This document shows, in pieces, positions 54,892-64,000 of a stretch of DNA of 64,000 nt. The stretch lies in contig CAYMPD010000001.1 in the NCBI GenBank assembly GCA_964392445.1, positions 32,001-96,000 of the forward strand, in the 5' to 3' direction. Both the position numbers and the translations under genes were made by a program. The notes below the pieces were generated by a model, which was given only the letters and a program-made list of their open reading frames with translations, was not told the DNA's origin and made no database searches. Numbering within the stretch: position 1 is the stretch's first letter; every line of letters starts with the position of its first letter. This DNA is from an uncultured archaeon. Its GTDB lineage: Archaea > Aenigmatarchaeota > Aenigmatarchaeia > CG10238-14.

Positions 54892-56844
54892 ATGGAAATA
54901 TATAAGAAAAGAATTTCCTTACTCTTTATTTTATTCTTATCTTTTATGATATTTTCTATAAATATTATTAATGCGGATACTTGGGAAGATACATGCGAAA
55001 GTGACGAAGATTGTACTGAATATATAGATGAAAATACTGGAAACCCCATCGACACATGTAAAGATAATACTAAATGGTTTTGTGCTGTAGATTGGGGAAC
55101 TTCAGAATGTGATCATCCTATTAAAAATTGCAGATTAAAATGTTTAGAAGGTTGTTGTTGGGTTGCTGACGGGAGTACTAATTGTGATAGTGGTTACAGT
55201 TATTGTTATTGTCCGGATGGTCCTCCTCCTGAGGACGATGTTGGTTGTGAAAATATACCAAAAGACCATGTCCCAGAAAGTTGTCCTAAATGTAAAAATT
55301 GTGAAGACTGTATATACCATTGGTGGACACCAGGAGGAAATTCATGCGGTTGGTGTGGTGATGATAATACATGTAAATATGGAAGTCTTTCTGGACCTGA
55401 AGAGGGAGAGTGTAATGATTGGTACTGGGTTAATTGTGAAGGAGCTGCGGAACCTCAAGAATGTTCACAAGGTTCACAGGAATCGACTGATTGGGATTGG
55501 ACACCAGACGGATGTATAACGTCACAATGGAACTGTGAAAATTGCGGTACAGCAGATGAATGCTGTGAGATTTGGGGAGATCCAGGATGTGAGTCTGGAT
55601 TATATGTAAAAGGAACTAAGGGTTATATTTACGTTGTAGATCCTTCTATAAGTCAGGTTGCATGTGAAGAATATGAGCCTCCTAATGAAGCTCGTATTGA
55701 AATTAGTCTTGATCCTGAACAGGAATGTTATGAACCAGGTGATGAAATGAACTATATAACACTTAAATTCTATTTAAATGACGTTTTAACAGATCCTAGC
55801 GAAAAGACCCTAAAAATAAAATATCATGAAGAAGATTTAATTAATGATTATACTGATCAGCTTTCTAAAAACAAAATAGGTGAATATAAATTCACTTGGG
55901 ATTTGACTATAGAGGAGGAGGATGCTACGGGACTCAGAAAAATAACCGCAACAGCAACTTTTCCAGGAGGAGAAACAACAGAAGCAACTAAAGAATACGA
56001 AATTCAAGAGACTTGTGATGGTAGTAGTGATGATGCTATCCCAATAACCGACTGTCAAGAAATAACTGAACCAGGGAATTACGTTTTAGCGAATGATATT
56101 ACTATGACTGGTCAAAATAAAGTTAGTTATGATAAATCCAGTGGAGGTACTTATTACGCTTGTATAGTTATTAGTACTTCGAATGTTAATATAGAAGGTA
56201 ATGGAAAGAGTATAGAAGGTTACCGAGAATATTTAGGTATAGCCATTTTAGGAGATAACAATAAGATTGAAAATTTAAAATTAAAAAATTTCTGGACAGG
56301 CATTAGGATATATAGTGGAAAAAATGATAATACAATAACTGATACCGTAATTACAAATATGGACGAAGATGGTATATTTGTTGATTCAAATTCCAATATA
56401 ATAAAAAACAATATATTTGAAAATAATGGGAGAAACGGAGTTTTTATCACTACGATCACTACGGATACAGAAGACAATACAATAGAAGGGAATGTTATTA
56501 AAAAGAGTGGAGTTAATGGGATTGTGATTTTTGGGGGTACTCATAAAATTAATGGAAATACTGTCTGTGAAAACACTAATAATGATATAATGTTATCAGC
56601 GAGATCAACAACCTCTGAACTTTCCAATAACGTTTGTAACATTCTATCATACCCTTTGGGCCCAGGACGATGTGGAAGATTATGTCCCGGTACCAGTACT
56701 CAATATTCTACCGAAACCCCCGAAGCAGGAGAATCACTCCAATTATCTTTTTACGGGCAAGATATATATCAAGGAGGACTAGCAATAATAACAGACCACT
56801 TCAACGACCAATCATCCAACGAATCGAACACGGCTCAGAGGTAG
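54892..56844 (+). CDS. Large secreted protein: Cys-rich region with PSI-like module, Ig-like domain and NosD-like parallel beta-helix
   Basis: Signal peptide; 'CEDC...CGWC...C...W...C'; 'PITDCQEITEPGNYVLANDI'; repeated 'N.I..N.I.....GI'. Confidence 0.8.
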   Translation: MEIYKKRISLLFILFLSFMIFSINIINADTWEDTCESDEDCTEYIDENTGNPIDTCKDNTKWFCAVDWGTSECDHPIKNCRLKCLEGCCWVADGSTNCDSGYSYCYCPDGPPPEDDVGCENIPKDHVPESCPKCKNCEDCIYHWWTPGGNSCGWCGDDNTCKYGSLSGPEEGECNDWYWVNCEGAAEPQECSQGSQESTDWDWTPDGCITSQWNCENCGTADECCEIWGDPGCESGLYVKGTKGYIYVVDPSISQVACEEYEPPNEARIEISLDPEQECYEPGDEMNYITLKFYLNDVLTDPSEKTLKIKYHEEDLINDYTDQLSKNKIGEYKFTWDLTIEEEDATGLRKITATATFPGGETTEATKEYEIQETCDGSSDDAIPITDCQEITEPGNYVLANDITMTGQNKVSYDKSSGGTYYACIVISTSNVNIEGNGKSIEGYREYLGIAILGDNNKIENLKLKNFWTGIRIYSGKNDNTITDTVITNMDEDGIFVDSNSNIIKNNIFENNGRNGVFITTITTDTEDNTIEGNVIKKSGVNGIVIFGGTHKINGNTVCENTNNDIMLSARSTTSELSNNVCNILSYPLGPGRCGRLCPGTSTQYSTETPEAGESLQLSFYGQDIYQGGLAIITDHFNDQSSNESNTAQR

Positions 56845-56981
56845 AAATAACACCCCAATCACCAGGACAACTAGTAACGAGAGCAATATCGTTCGACCCT
56901 GAAGTCAAAGTCACCAATCTTGTTCAGGAAGTGGAGGAGTAACAATCAACCTTTTTTACCCAGTATTCCTAATTTGTTATT

Positions 56982-59339
56982 ATGAACAAAACATTCATCC
57001 TCGTCGTGATCATTCTTCTACTAATACCTGTAATCCGAGCTGGGGGTGTACCTGGTACCAAAATAGCCACTTTTGTCTCGAAATATTCATCTAGAAGTAT
57101 GGACCCTGATACATATGAATACTACCAAAAAATAAAAGAAAATTATAATGTTTACATTGTCCAAGACTCTTCTGTTGCAGGTGATAGTCATGATTGGAAA
57201 ACCGCTTCCCAAATTTCAGATCTAGTTTTCGTTACCGCCCTCAGTCACAAAATGTTAAATGAAAGTAAAGATGCGTTCTGTGAGAATTTGGGTCACATAT
57301 TAACAGAATCTGTTGGTTTAATTTTCGCAGGTAACTCTCTAATCTTCTATAGTAATAACACACCAGATGGAACTATTAATACTTCAAGTTGTATTTATAC
57401 TGATTATTTTGATTTTGGTCACGCCGCTCCTAATACAGAAATAACTGACAATAAAATCAAGATATCAGAGTATCATGAAATAACAGAAGGATATGAAACA
57501 AAAGAATATAATTTAGCTCAATCTAACAAAATTTACCCTATAGTCTCTCCTAAGAATGGCCTGAACTTAGCCACTGTCTATGGGGACCCAGATGGTTCTG
57601 GGTCGATGGTAATAGGTCCAGATGATTATCCAACAGTGGTTTTATGGCAAGGAATTCGTCACAACACCCTAGTTTGGGGACTAACAACATCCGAAATGGA
57701 GGGTTGTACGGATTGTCTTGGATGGGATTTATTTGAACAAATAATAGACTGGATATCAGACGAAGAAAACATGGGATTTGAGATTTACACGGATAAAGAG
57801 GTATATTTTTTGGATGAAACCATTAACATTGATGTCCAATCTCATGTTGATATCGAAGATATTAAGGGGAAAATAATCTACCCAACTGGCAGAGAAGAAG
57901 AATTATATTTCACTGGCTCGGGAAAATTTTGGAGTAGTATGTATCCTTTTGAAGTTGGTGATCCTCCTGGTAATTATACTATATCCACTACAATAGATAC
58001 ATTGAATATAAGAAAAGAAGTCATTGTTAAGACAATGGAGATTGACATAGATGTCATTAATAATACAAAAGAAGTTGAAATTTATGTTGATCTAAAAGAC
58101 AAATACAATGATCTCTTGGAAAACGGTAATATGAATATAACTATAACTAAGCCTTCTGGCATCCAAAGCAGTTACAATTTTGAAGATACTAGTTCTGCTC
58201 ATCTTATATATAACGTCACCGAGAGTGGTATTCATGTTGTTTATATTTCTGCTCAAGGGAATGGTGGTTCACAATCTAAAACTGAAAGTTTCTATTTCAA
58301 ACTAAAACCAAAACTGACTTTTATACCTGAAAATATCACTGAAACGGTTAACTATCCTCAAAACCTGACAAGAAGTATAACTATAAGTAACGATGGTAAT
58401 GAGAGTGTTGCTAATGTTGTACCTAAAAGCGGGGGAGAGATTGGTGATTGGATTGATTTTAACGATACCCCCTTTAGTCTAGGAAAAGGGAACTCTACCT
58501 ACTTATCCTTGGAAATATCTGTACCTGAAGTGGGTGAAGGTGAACACAAAGGATTTATCAACTTCAGTTCAAGTGAGGGGTCTGATATATTTCCTATAAC
58601 TGTCGAAATTGATTATTTAGGTCAATTATCTGTAAAACCTCAATCATATCAAGAAGTGTTTTCAACGGGTGAAATACGAGAACTAGAATATCAATTAGAA
58701 AATATTGGTAAAGGAAGTTTAGAAATAAAATCAATAACACCTAGCCAACAAATAGAAGAATGGGTTCATGTCTCCAACCAACCTAGACTAATTCCATCAG
58801 GAGGAAGAGCATCATTAAAAGTTCTAGTGTCGACTCAGGGTGTAGATGTTGAGGGAATGTTAAAGACGATAAGTGGGAATCTCGAAATAGTCACTGATTT
58901 AGGTACATATGATTCTCCTCCCAGTTTGAGTTTTAAGGTCTACTCTGATATCTCTAAAAAGGCTGAAGGATTTTACCCAGATTTAGTTGAAATTGAGAGA
59001 AAATTGGAAGACCTAAAAGAGAAAACAGATGTGACAGAATTCCAAGAAGAAGTTGATAATATAAGGCTGAAAATAATGCAAGTTCAGGAACTTTATAATA
59101 ACGAACAGTTAGAAAGTGCTTATGAAAAATATAACTCGATTCAATCAGAAATTGACAATCTGGAATCAAAGGTTGATCAAAAGGAGACTGAACTGGAACA
59201 AAGAAAACAAAAAACTATAACTATTGCTATTATCGCCGTGGGAGTTTTAGTTGGAATAATAATTCTTTACATAATCATCAAGAAACTTAAAGGGAAATCC
59301 GAGTATGGGTGGTTATATCAGAAATGGAAAAATCGTTAA
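56982..59339 (+). CDS. Large surface protein with Ig-like domains, coiled coil and C-terminal TM anchor
   Basis: N-terminal signal peptide, 'TDKEVY', many N-x-S/T sequons, C-terminal 'IAIIAVGVLVGIIILYIII'. Confidence 0.8.
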   Translation: MNKTFILVVIILLLIPVIRAGGVPGTKIATFVSKYSSRSMDPDTYEYYQKIKENYNVYIVQDSSVAGDSHDWKTASQISDLVFVTALSHKMLNESKDAFCENLGHILTESVGLIFAGNSLIFYSNNTPDGTINTSSCIYTDYFDFGHAAPNTEITDNKIKISEYHEITEGYETKEYNLAQSNKIYPIVSPKNGLNLATVYGDPDGSGSMVIGPDDYPTVVLWQGIRHNTLVWGLTTSEMEGCTDCLGWDLFEQIIDWISDEENMGFEIYTDKEVYFLDETINIDVQSHVDIEDIKGKIIYPTGREEELYFTGSGKFWSSMYPFEVGDPPGNYTISTTIDTLNIRKEVIVKTMEIDIDVINNTKEVEIYVDLKDKYNDLLENGNMNITITKPSGIQSSYNFEDTSSAHLIYNVTESGIHVVYISAQGNGGSQSKTESFYFKLKPKLTFIPENITETVNYPQNLTRSITISNDGNESVANVVPKSGGEIGDWIDFNDTPFSLGKGNSTYLSLEISVPEVGEGEHKGFINFSSSEGSDIFPITVEIDYLGQLSVKPQSYQEVFSTGEIRELEYQLENIGKGSLEIKSITPSQQIEEWVHVSNQPRLIPSGGRASLKVLVSTQGVDVEGMLKTISGNLEIVTDLGTYDSPPSLSFKVYSDISKKAEGFYPDLVEIERKLEDLKEKTDVTEFQEEVDNIRLKIMQVQELYNNEQLESAYEKYNSIQSEIDNLESKVDQKETELEQRKQKTITIAIIAVGVLVGIIILYIIIKKLKGKSEYGWLYQKWKNR

Positions 59340-59665
59340 CCTTTGAGTTTAATTTGAATATGAACTCCCTGTGGGACCTGAATCCTCAGAACCTTTCTTA
59401 AAGCCCTATCATCAGCCTGCATATCGATTATTCTTTTGTGTACTCTCATTTCCCATCTATCGTAAGTTGTGTTTCCGTGCCCTGTACCGTCCCCGCAAGG
59501 TGTTTTCATAGTTGTTACCTTTAACTTTTTGGTAGGTAGGGGTATAGGACCTTTCCAATTAACTCCTAACTTCTTGGCAACTCCAGTTATCTCTGTACAA
59601 ATCTCTTTTAATTTTTCTGGGTCTTTGCTTGAAAGCTTAATTCTTGCCATCTGCATAAGTATCAA
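59336..59665 (-). CDS. rps10: 30S ribosomal protein S10 (uS10)
   Basis: 'ARIKLSS', 'GPIPLPTK', 'TPCG', 'DRWEMRVHKRIID'. Confidence 0.96.
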   Translation of the reverse strand: MILMQMARIKLSSKDPEKLKEICTEITGVAKKLGVNWKGPIPLPTKKLKVTTMKTPCGDGTGHGNTTYDRWEMRVHKRIIDMQADDRALRKVLRIQVPQGVHIQIKLKG

Positions 59666-59704
59666 ATACTAAATGTGATGTTAATGCATTTAAATCTTTT
59701 GTTC

Positions 59705-60958
59705 TCAGGTTCCTTCTTTCCAGGAATTCAAATATTTTTTCTGTTTTTTAGTTAATTTATCGATTTTTATTCCCATTGAATCTAATTTCAGAGAAGCGAT
59801 TCTTTTATCAATCTCGGGAGGTACATCATAAACTTTATTTTTTAGTTTCTTTTGATTTTTAACAACATATTCCGCAGATAAAGCATGATTACTGAAAGAC
59901 ATATCCATCACATTACAAGGATGTCCTTCTGCACCTGCTAGATTAACTAGTCTTCCTTCTGCAAGTAAATAGATTTTTTTACCGTTTTTCAGGGTATATT
60001 CAACCGTGTTTTCTCGGATTTTTTTCTTGTTTTTAGCAATTTTTTCAAGTCCCTTTACATCTACTTCCACATTAAAGTGTCCAGAATTAGCAACTATAGC
60101 ACCATTCTTCATTAACCCGAAGTGTTTCTCTGTGATAATATCTCTGTCACCTGTAGAAGTAACGAAAATATCTCCTAACTTTGCGGCTTCATTCATAGGC
60201 ATTACCCGATAACCATCCATAACCGCTCTTAAGGCACGAAGAGGATTAACCTCTGTTATTATAACATTTGCACCCATTCCTCTAGCCCTTTTTGCTATTC
60301 CACTCCCACAGTCCCCATAACCACCCATAACAAAGGTTTTTCCAGCGAACATAATATTAGTTGATCTAAGAATCCCATCAATTGTACTTTGAGCCGTTCC
60401 GAGATGATTATCAAACATGTGCTTAGTGGGTGTATCATTGACAGCAATGATCGGGTATTTCAACGCCCCATCTCTCTCCATGGCTCTAAGTCTTATTACA
60501 CCCGTCGTAGTCTCTTCCTGTCCCGCATAAACATCCTTGATTAGCTCCTGTCGGTCGCTGTGGATGGTTGAAATAAGGTCTGCACCATCATCTATAGTAA
60601 TACTTGGCTTAAGATCTAGGGCTTTGTTAAGACACCAGTAATATTCCTTGTTAGTACATCCTCTCCAAGCGTAAACGTGAATTCCTTCCTTAGCAAGAGC
60701 TGCAGCGACATCATCTTGGGTAGATAAAGGGTTGGATTGACATAAACCTACTTTTGCTCCGCCCAATTTCAAGGTTTTAACTAGAACTGCGGTTTCTTTT
60801 GTGACGTGTAAACAGCAACCTATGGTTAATCCTTTGAATGGTTTATTTTTCTTGAATTCTTCTCTTATTTTCATCAGAACAGGCATATGATCTTCTGCCC
60901 ATTCTATTTTTAATTTTCCTTGCTTAGTCAATTTAATATCTTTTACCTTATAATCCAA
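59705..60958 (-). CDS. ahcY: Adenosylhomocysteinase
   Basis: 'WAEDHMPVL', 'CLHVTKET', 'SNPLSTQDD', 'EETTTG', 'KHMFDN', 'GRLVNL...GHP'. Confidence 0.98.
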   Translation of the reverse strand: MDYKVKDIKLTKQGKLKIEWAEDHMPVLMKIREEFKKNKPFKGLTIGCCLHVTKETAVLVKTLKLGGAKVGLCQSNPLSTQDDVAAALAKEGIHVYAWRGCTNKEYYWCLNKALDLKPSITIDDGADLISTIHSDRQELIKDVYAGQEETTTGVIRLRAMERDGALKYPIIAVNDTPTKHMFDNHLGTAQSTIDGILRSTNIMFAGKTFVMGGYGDCGSGIAKRARGMGANVIITEVNPLRALRAVMDGYRVMPMNEAAKLGDIFVTSTGDRDIITEKHFGLMKNGAIVANSGHFNVEVDVKGLEKIAKNKKKIRENTVEYTLKNGKKIYLLAEGRLVNLAGAEGHPCNVMDMSFSNHALSAEYVVKNQKKLKNKVYDVPPEIDKRIASLKLDSMGIKIDKLTKKQKKYLNSWKEGT

Positions 60959-61043
60959 ATTATCTACCTCCCTAAAAGTTACTATTTAATTTTCTCGGTT
61001 CATTGATAAATAGGTTTAAATATTTCAGAAATATTATTTTTGC

Positions 61044-61265
61044 ATGGTATTAACAAATTTGCCTCAAGATATTAGAATTATAAACGAATACCAATTACCT
61101 TCTGATGTAAAATTTGTTGATCTCTCCCATCCAGAGGTTGAAACTCGCCCATTTGATACCGTATATTCAGTTTTAGTTAAAGATAGAGTAGTGGGTGAAT
61201 TAATACCCAAATACGGGAGATTATGTGAAGTTGAATATGAAGGTCATATATACTCATCAAGATAA
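61044..61265 (+). CDS. Hypothetical protein
   Basis: 73-aa ORF between ahcY and the kinase gene. Confidence 0.55.
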   Translation: MVLTNLPQDIRIINEYQLPSDVKFVDLSHPEVETRPFDTVYSVLVKDRVVGELIPKYGRLCEVEYEGHIYSSR

Positions 61266-62162
61266 TTAAAATCTAACAATTTCCCTAAATTTCTGGTATC
61301 TTTGCTCAATATCTTCCATTTTCAACGATAAAAATTTACCCACACTAAAATCCTCAACAGCAAAAGAACCCATAACATTACCATAAACAATTGCTTCTTT
61401 GAGTATTTTTTCGTCTAATTTTCCTTTTCTTGAGATATGCCCCAGAAAACCACCAGCAAACGAGTCCCCAGCACCAGTAGGGTCAACAATATCCTCCATT
61501 GGGTAAGCAGGTGCAGGGAAAACAGTATCATTAGAAACTAATAGAGAACCATGTTCCCCTTTTTTGACAACGACATAATCTGGTCCCCATGAAAGAATCT
61601 TTTTAGCCGCTTTAATCAGATTAGGTTCCTTACACATCATTCTTATTTCATCATCATTTAACACAACAACATCCACCGAGGACATCATCTCTTTGACCTT
61701 ATTTCTCTTGTTTTTTATCCAGTATTCGATTGTATCACACACTGACAAGACGGGATTATCAACTTGTTTCAAAACTTTAAGATTCTGAACAGGATCATTA
61801 TTCGCTAAGTAAACATAATCAGCTTTTTTGTAATAATCAGGCAATTCTGGGTTAAAATTCTCAATCACATTCAACTCAGTTTTGTTCTCCTCTCTTTTGC
61901 TGAATCCGTAGTCAAACGCTGAGTCATAAAAGAATGTTTTGCCTTTTTTGTCTACTTTTACCCCAGACAAGTCTAGTCTTTTCTTCAGAATTTTATAGTA
62001 TTTATCGGGAAAATCTCCGCCGATTATCCCAACTATACCTGTTTTCGAGAAGAAACTTGCTGATAAGCCTGTGTAAACTGCTGCTCCACCTAGGATTCTT
62101 TCCATGGTTTTAAAGGGTGTTCTTGTCGTATCCAAAGCAACTGTACCAACGCAGATAATCAT
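61266..62162 (-). CDS. PfkB family sugar/nucleoside kinase
   Basis: 'LGGAAVY', 'VVKKGEHG', 'DPTGAGDSFAGGF'. Confidence 0.95.
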   Translation of the reverse strand: MIICVGTVALDTTRTPFKTMERILGGAAVYTGLSASFFSKTGIVGIIGGDFPDKYYKILKKRLDLSGVKVDKKGKTFFYDSAFDYGFSKREENKTELNVIENFNPELPDYYKKADYVYLANNDPVQNLKVLKQVDNPVLSVCDTIEYWIKNKRNKVKEMMSSVDVVVLNDDEIRMMCKEPNLIKAAKKILSWGPDYVVVKKGEHGSLLVSNDTVFPAPAYPMEDIVDPTGAGDSFAGGFLGHISRKGKLDEKILKEAIVYGNVMGSFAVEDFSVGKFLSLKMEDIEQRYQKFREIVRF

Positions 62163-62193
62163 AGTTAGAAATAGTTTTTTAGAATTAAGTGTT

Positions 62194-63480
62194 TTAATTG
62201 GAAATAAAATTTTCCATTATTTTCCCAGCTTTGTCAAATACTTCCTCCTCGTCAATCCCAAGAATATCCTTATCCTTCATCAAAAATTTACCATTAACAA
62301 TAGTACTATCAACATCCCAACCCCGACAAGAATAAACCAGACTAGAGACAACGGTACTCTTACCATGAACAGGTTGGAGATGGGGTTTCTTAAAGTCAAC
62401 AAGAATTAAATCCGCACTTTTACCTTCCTCCACACTTCCAACTTTATCGTCAATTCTAAAAACACTAGCACCATCAATAGTAGCCAAATCCAAAGCCTTC
62501 TGAGCGGGAATAAATGTAGGATCTCTGTTATAAAACTTGTTAACCAATGAACAATTCTTCATCTCTTCGAACATATCCAGATTATTGTTAGAAGCACAAC
62601 CATCTGTACCTAAACCTACTCTAATATTTTTGCTAAAAATCTCTCTCAGGGGCGGCATTCGACCATTAGCAAGTTTCATATTAGAAGTGGGGCAATGAAC
62701 AACACTACAATTCCTTTTAGAAAATATATCAACATCCTTATTAGTCAACCAATTGCAATGGACAGCTATTAGTTTGTCGTTTAAAATTCCAATCTCATCC
62801 AAGTGTTCCACAGGTGTTTTTTTCTTAGTTTTCTGAAAATCTTTAACCTCTTTCTCTGTTTCTGAAACATGCGTGTGCATAAGAATATCGTATTTGTCTG
62901 AACTTTCTTTTAATTTAAGTAATGTTTCTTCAGAACAGGAATAGGGAGCGTGCATGTTGACTAATGGAGTTATTAACTCATCTCCTAACCATTTTTTCGT
63001 AAATCTATCAGAGTAAGGAAGTTGTTTTCCAATATTCCAATCAAATATTACTTCACCTAAGAAGCACCTTAAACCCGTTTCTTCAACGGCTTTCGCTATA
63101 TCATCTACATGAATGTACATGTCGTTAAAACAAGTAACCCCAAATCTTATCATTTCCAAACAGGCAAGAAGAGAACCTAAATAGCAGTCTTCTGGTTTTA
63201 ACTTTGCTTCTAATGGCCATATCTTCTCCTCCAACCAAGGTTTGAGCTCCATATCATCCGCATACCCGCGAAAAAGAGTCATGGATGAGTGAGTGTGAGC
63301 GTTGATTAGCCCTGGTAAAAGAACTTTTCCTTTTCCGTCAATTACATGATCTGCTTCTACTTTGGGATTTCCTATTTCTACTATTTTACCGTCTTCAATG
63401 TAAACTGATTTATTTCTAAGGATTTCTCTTTTGGAATTTTGGGTTACTATCCAATCGGGATTTTTGAGTAGGATTGACAT
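62194..63480 (-). CDS. mtaD: MTA/SAH deaminase-like amidohydrolase
   Basis: 'PGLINAHTH', 'HAPYSC', 'HTHVSET', 'HCPTSNMKL', 'GTDG.ASNN.LDMF'. Confidence 0.9.
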   Translation of the reverse strand: MSILLKNPDWIVTQNSKREILRNKSVYIEDGKIVEIGNPKVEADHVIDGKGKVLLPGLINAHTHSSMTLFRGYADDMELKPWLEEKIWPLEAKLKPEDCYLGSLLACLEMIRFGVTCFNDMYIHVDDIAKAVEETGLRCFLGEVIFDWNIGKQLPYSDRFTKKWLGDELITPLVNMHAPYSCSEETLLKLKESSDKYDILMHTHVSETEKEVKDFQKTKKKTPVEHLDEIGILNDKLIAVHCNWLTNKDVDIFSKRNCSVVHCPTSNMKLANGRMPPLREIFSKNIRVGLGTDGCASNNNLDMFEEMKNCSLVNKFYNRDPTFIPAQKALDLATIDGASVFRIDDKVGSVEEGKSADLILVDFKKPHLQPVHGKSTVVSSLVYSCRGWDVDSTIVNGKFLMKDKDILGIDEEEVFDKAGKIMENFISN

Positions 63481-63514
63481 GTTAAGTTTTATTGAATTGA
63501 AAATTTAAATTAGG

Positions 63515-64000
63515 TTAGTGATAAAGGTCTCTAATAAGTTCACGAGATAATATTTCGATTCTAGGTCCAATTTTTTCCATCGCGGCCAATACCTCAGCAT
63601 CATCAGTATTATTAGTAAGTGTATCATGATCAAATTTTTCATCATAAACCTCTTCCATTGTATTTGATATACCGGATATTCCTAAAACTCTTACATCTTC
63701 CAAATCATCTGAGCCCTCCAGGCCCAGAAACCCTCTCATTCCTATAAGTTCTATAATAGTTGACATCCCAACACTACCCAATCCAAATGCTCGAAATCTT
63801 GATGTTTTAGCGGCAGGCTCAAATTCGGAGCCAGCAACATACCTATAAACACCAGTTCTACATGGTATTTCAAGTTTTTCAGCGATGTCTTTTACCCTAT
63901 CTGTGAGCTCTAAGTCATAAATACCACCATAATAAGGTTGTGGGAGATGGTGAACTACACGAACATCAGGAGGTGGACATATTAAAGGGTTCTGATCATG
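63515..64000 (-). CDS. Purine nucleoside phosphorylase / MTAP-like protein (5' end outside the window)
   Basis: The frame stays open to 64000: 'NPL...YD..L...GVY...GSEFEP...VGMSTIIE...LGISGISN'. Confidence 0.7.
   Translation of the reverse strand, partial: HDQNPLICPPPDVRVVHHLPQPYYGGIYDLELTDRVKDIAEKLEIPCRTGVYRYVAGSEFEPAAKTSRFRAFGLGSVGMSTIIELIGMRGFLGLEGSDDLEDVRVLGISGISNTMEEVYDEKFDHDTLTNNTDDAEVLAAMEKIGPRIEILSRELIRDLYH

Overview
AT-rich archaeal chromosome segment, most plausibly from a DPANN lineage (inference from class I LysRS, Cdc6/Orc1, thermosome, SRP54/FtsY, Pus10-L21e-RpoF-DUF655, multi-intron tRNAs and a tRNA-Ile with a UAU anticodon). Core content: a type IV pilus locus (1-5373), chaperonin and prefoldin, translation and secretion genes, four tRNAs, RNase Z, VapBC, redox genes, large surface proteins and a SAM/nucleoside-salvage cluster. 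No rRNA, CRISPR array, integrase or transposase is visible. Three features are not explained by standard annotation. (1) An orphan LysX/LysZ/GATase/DRE-TIM cluster lacking LysW (9.7-14.7 kb), punctuated by two covarying tRNA-like mini-elements (acceptor stem plus T-arm, no D or anticodon arm). (2) A polar 13-mer, AAAGTGAGAGTTA, present in six exact copies, all on the + strand and at gene boundaries or in intergenic DNA between 37.3 and 44.2 kb. (3) Next to that array, an AT-rich 1.7 kb module bounded by 26-bp inverted repeats that carries two winged-helix genes and a frameshifted Zn-finger/Vsr-like endonuclease. All product calls come from motif recognition by eye; no database searches were run.
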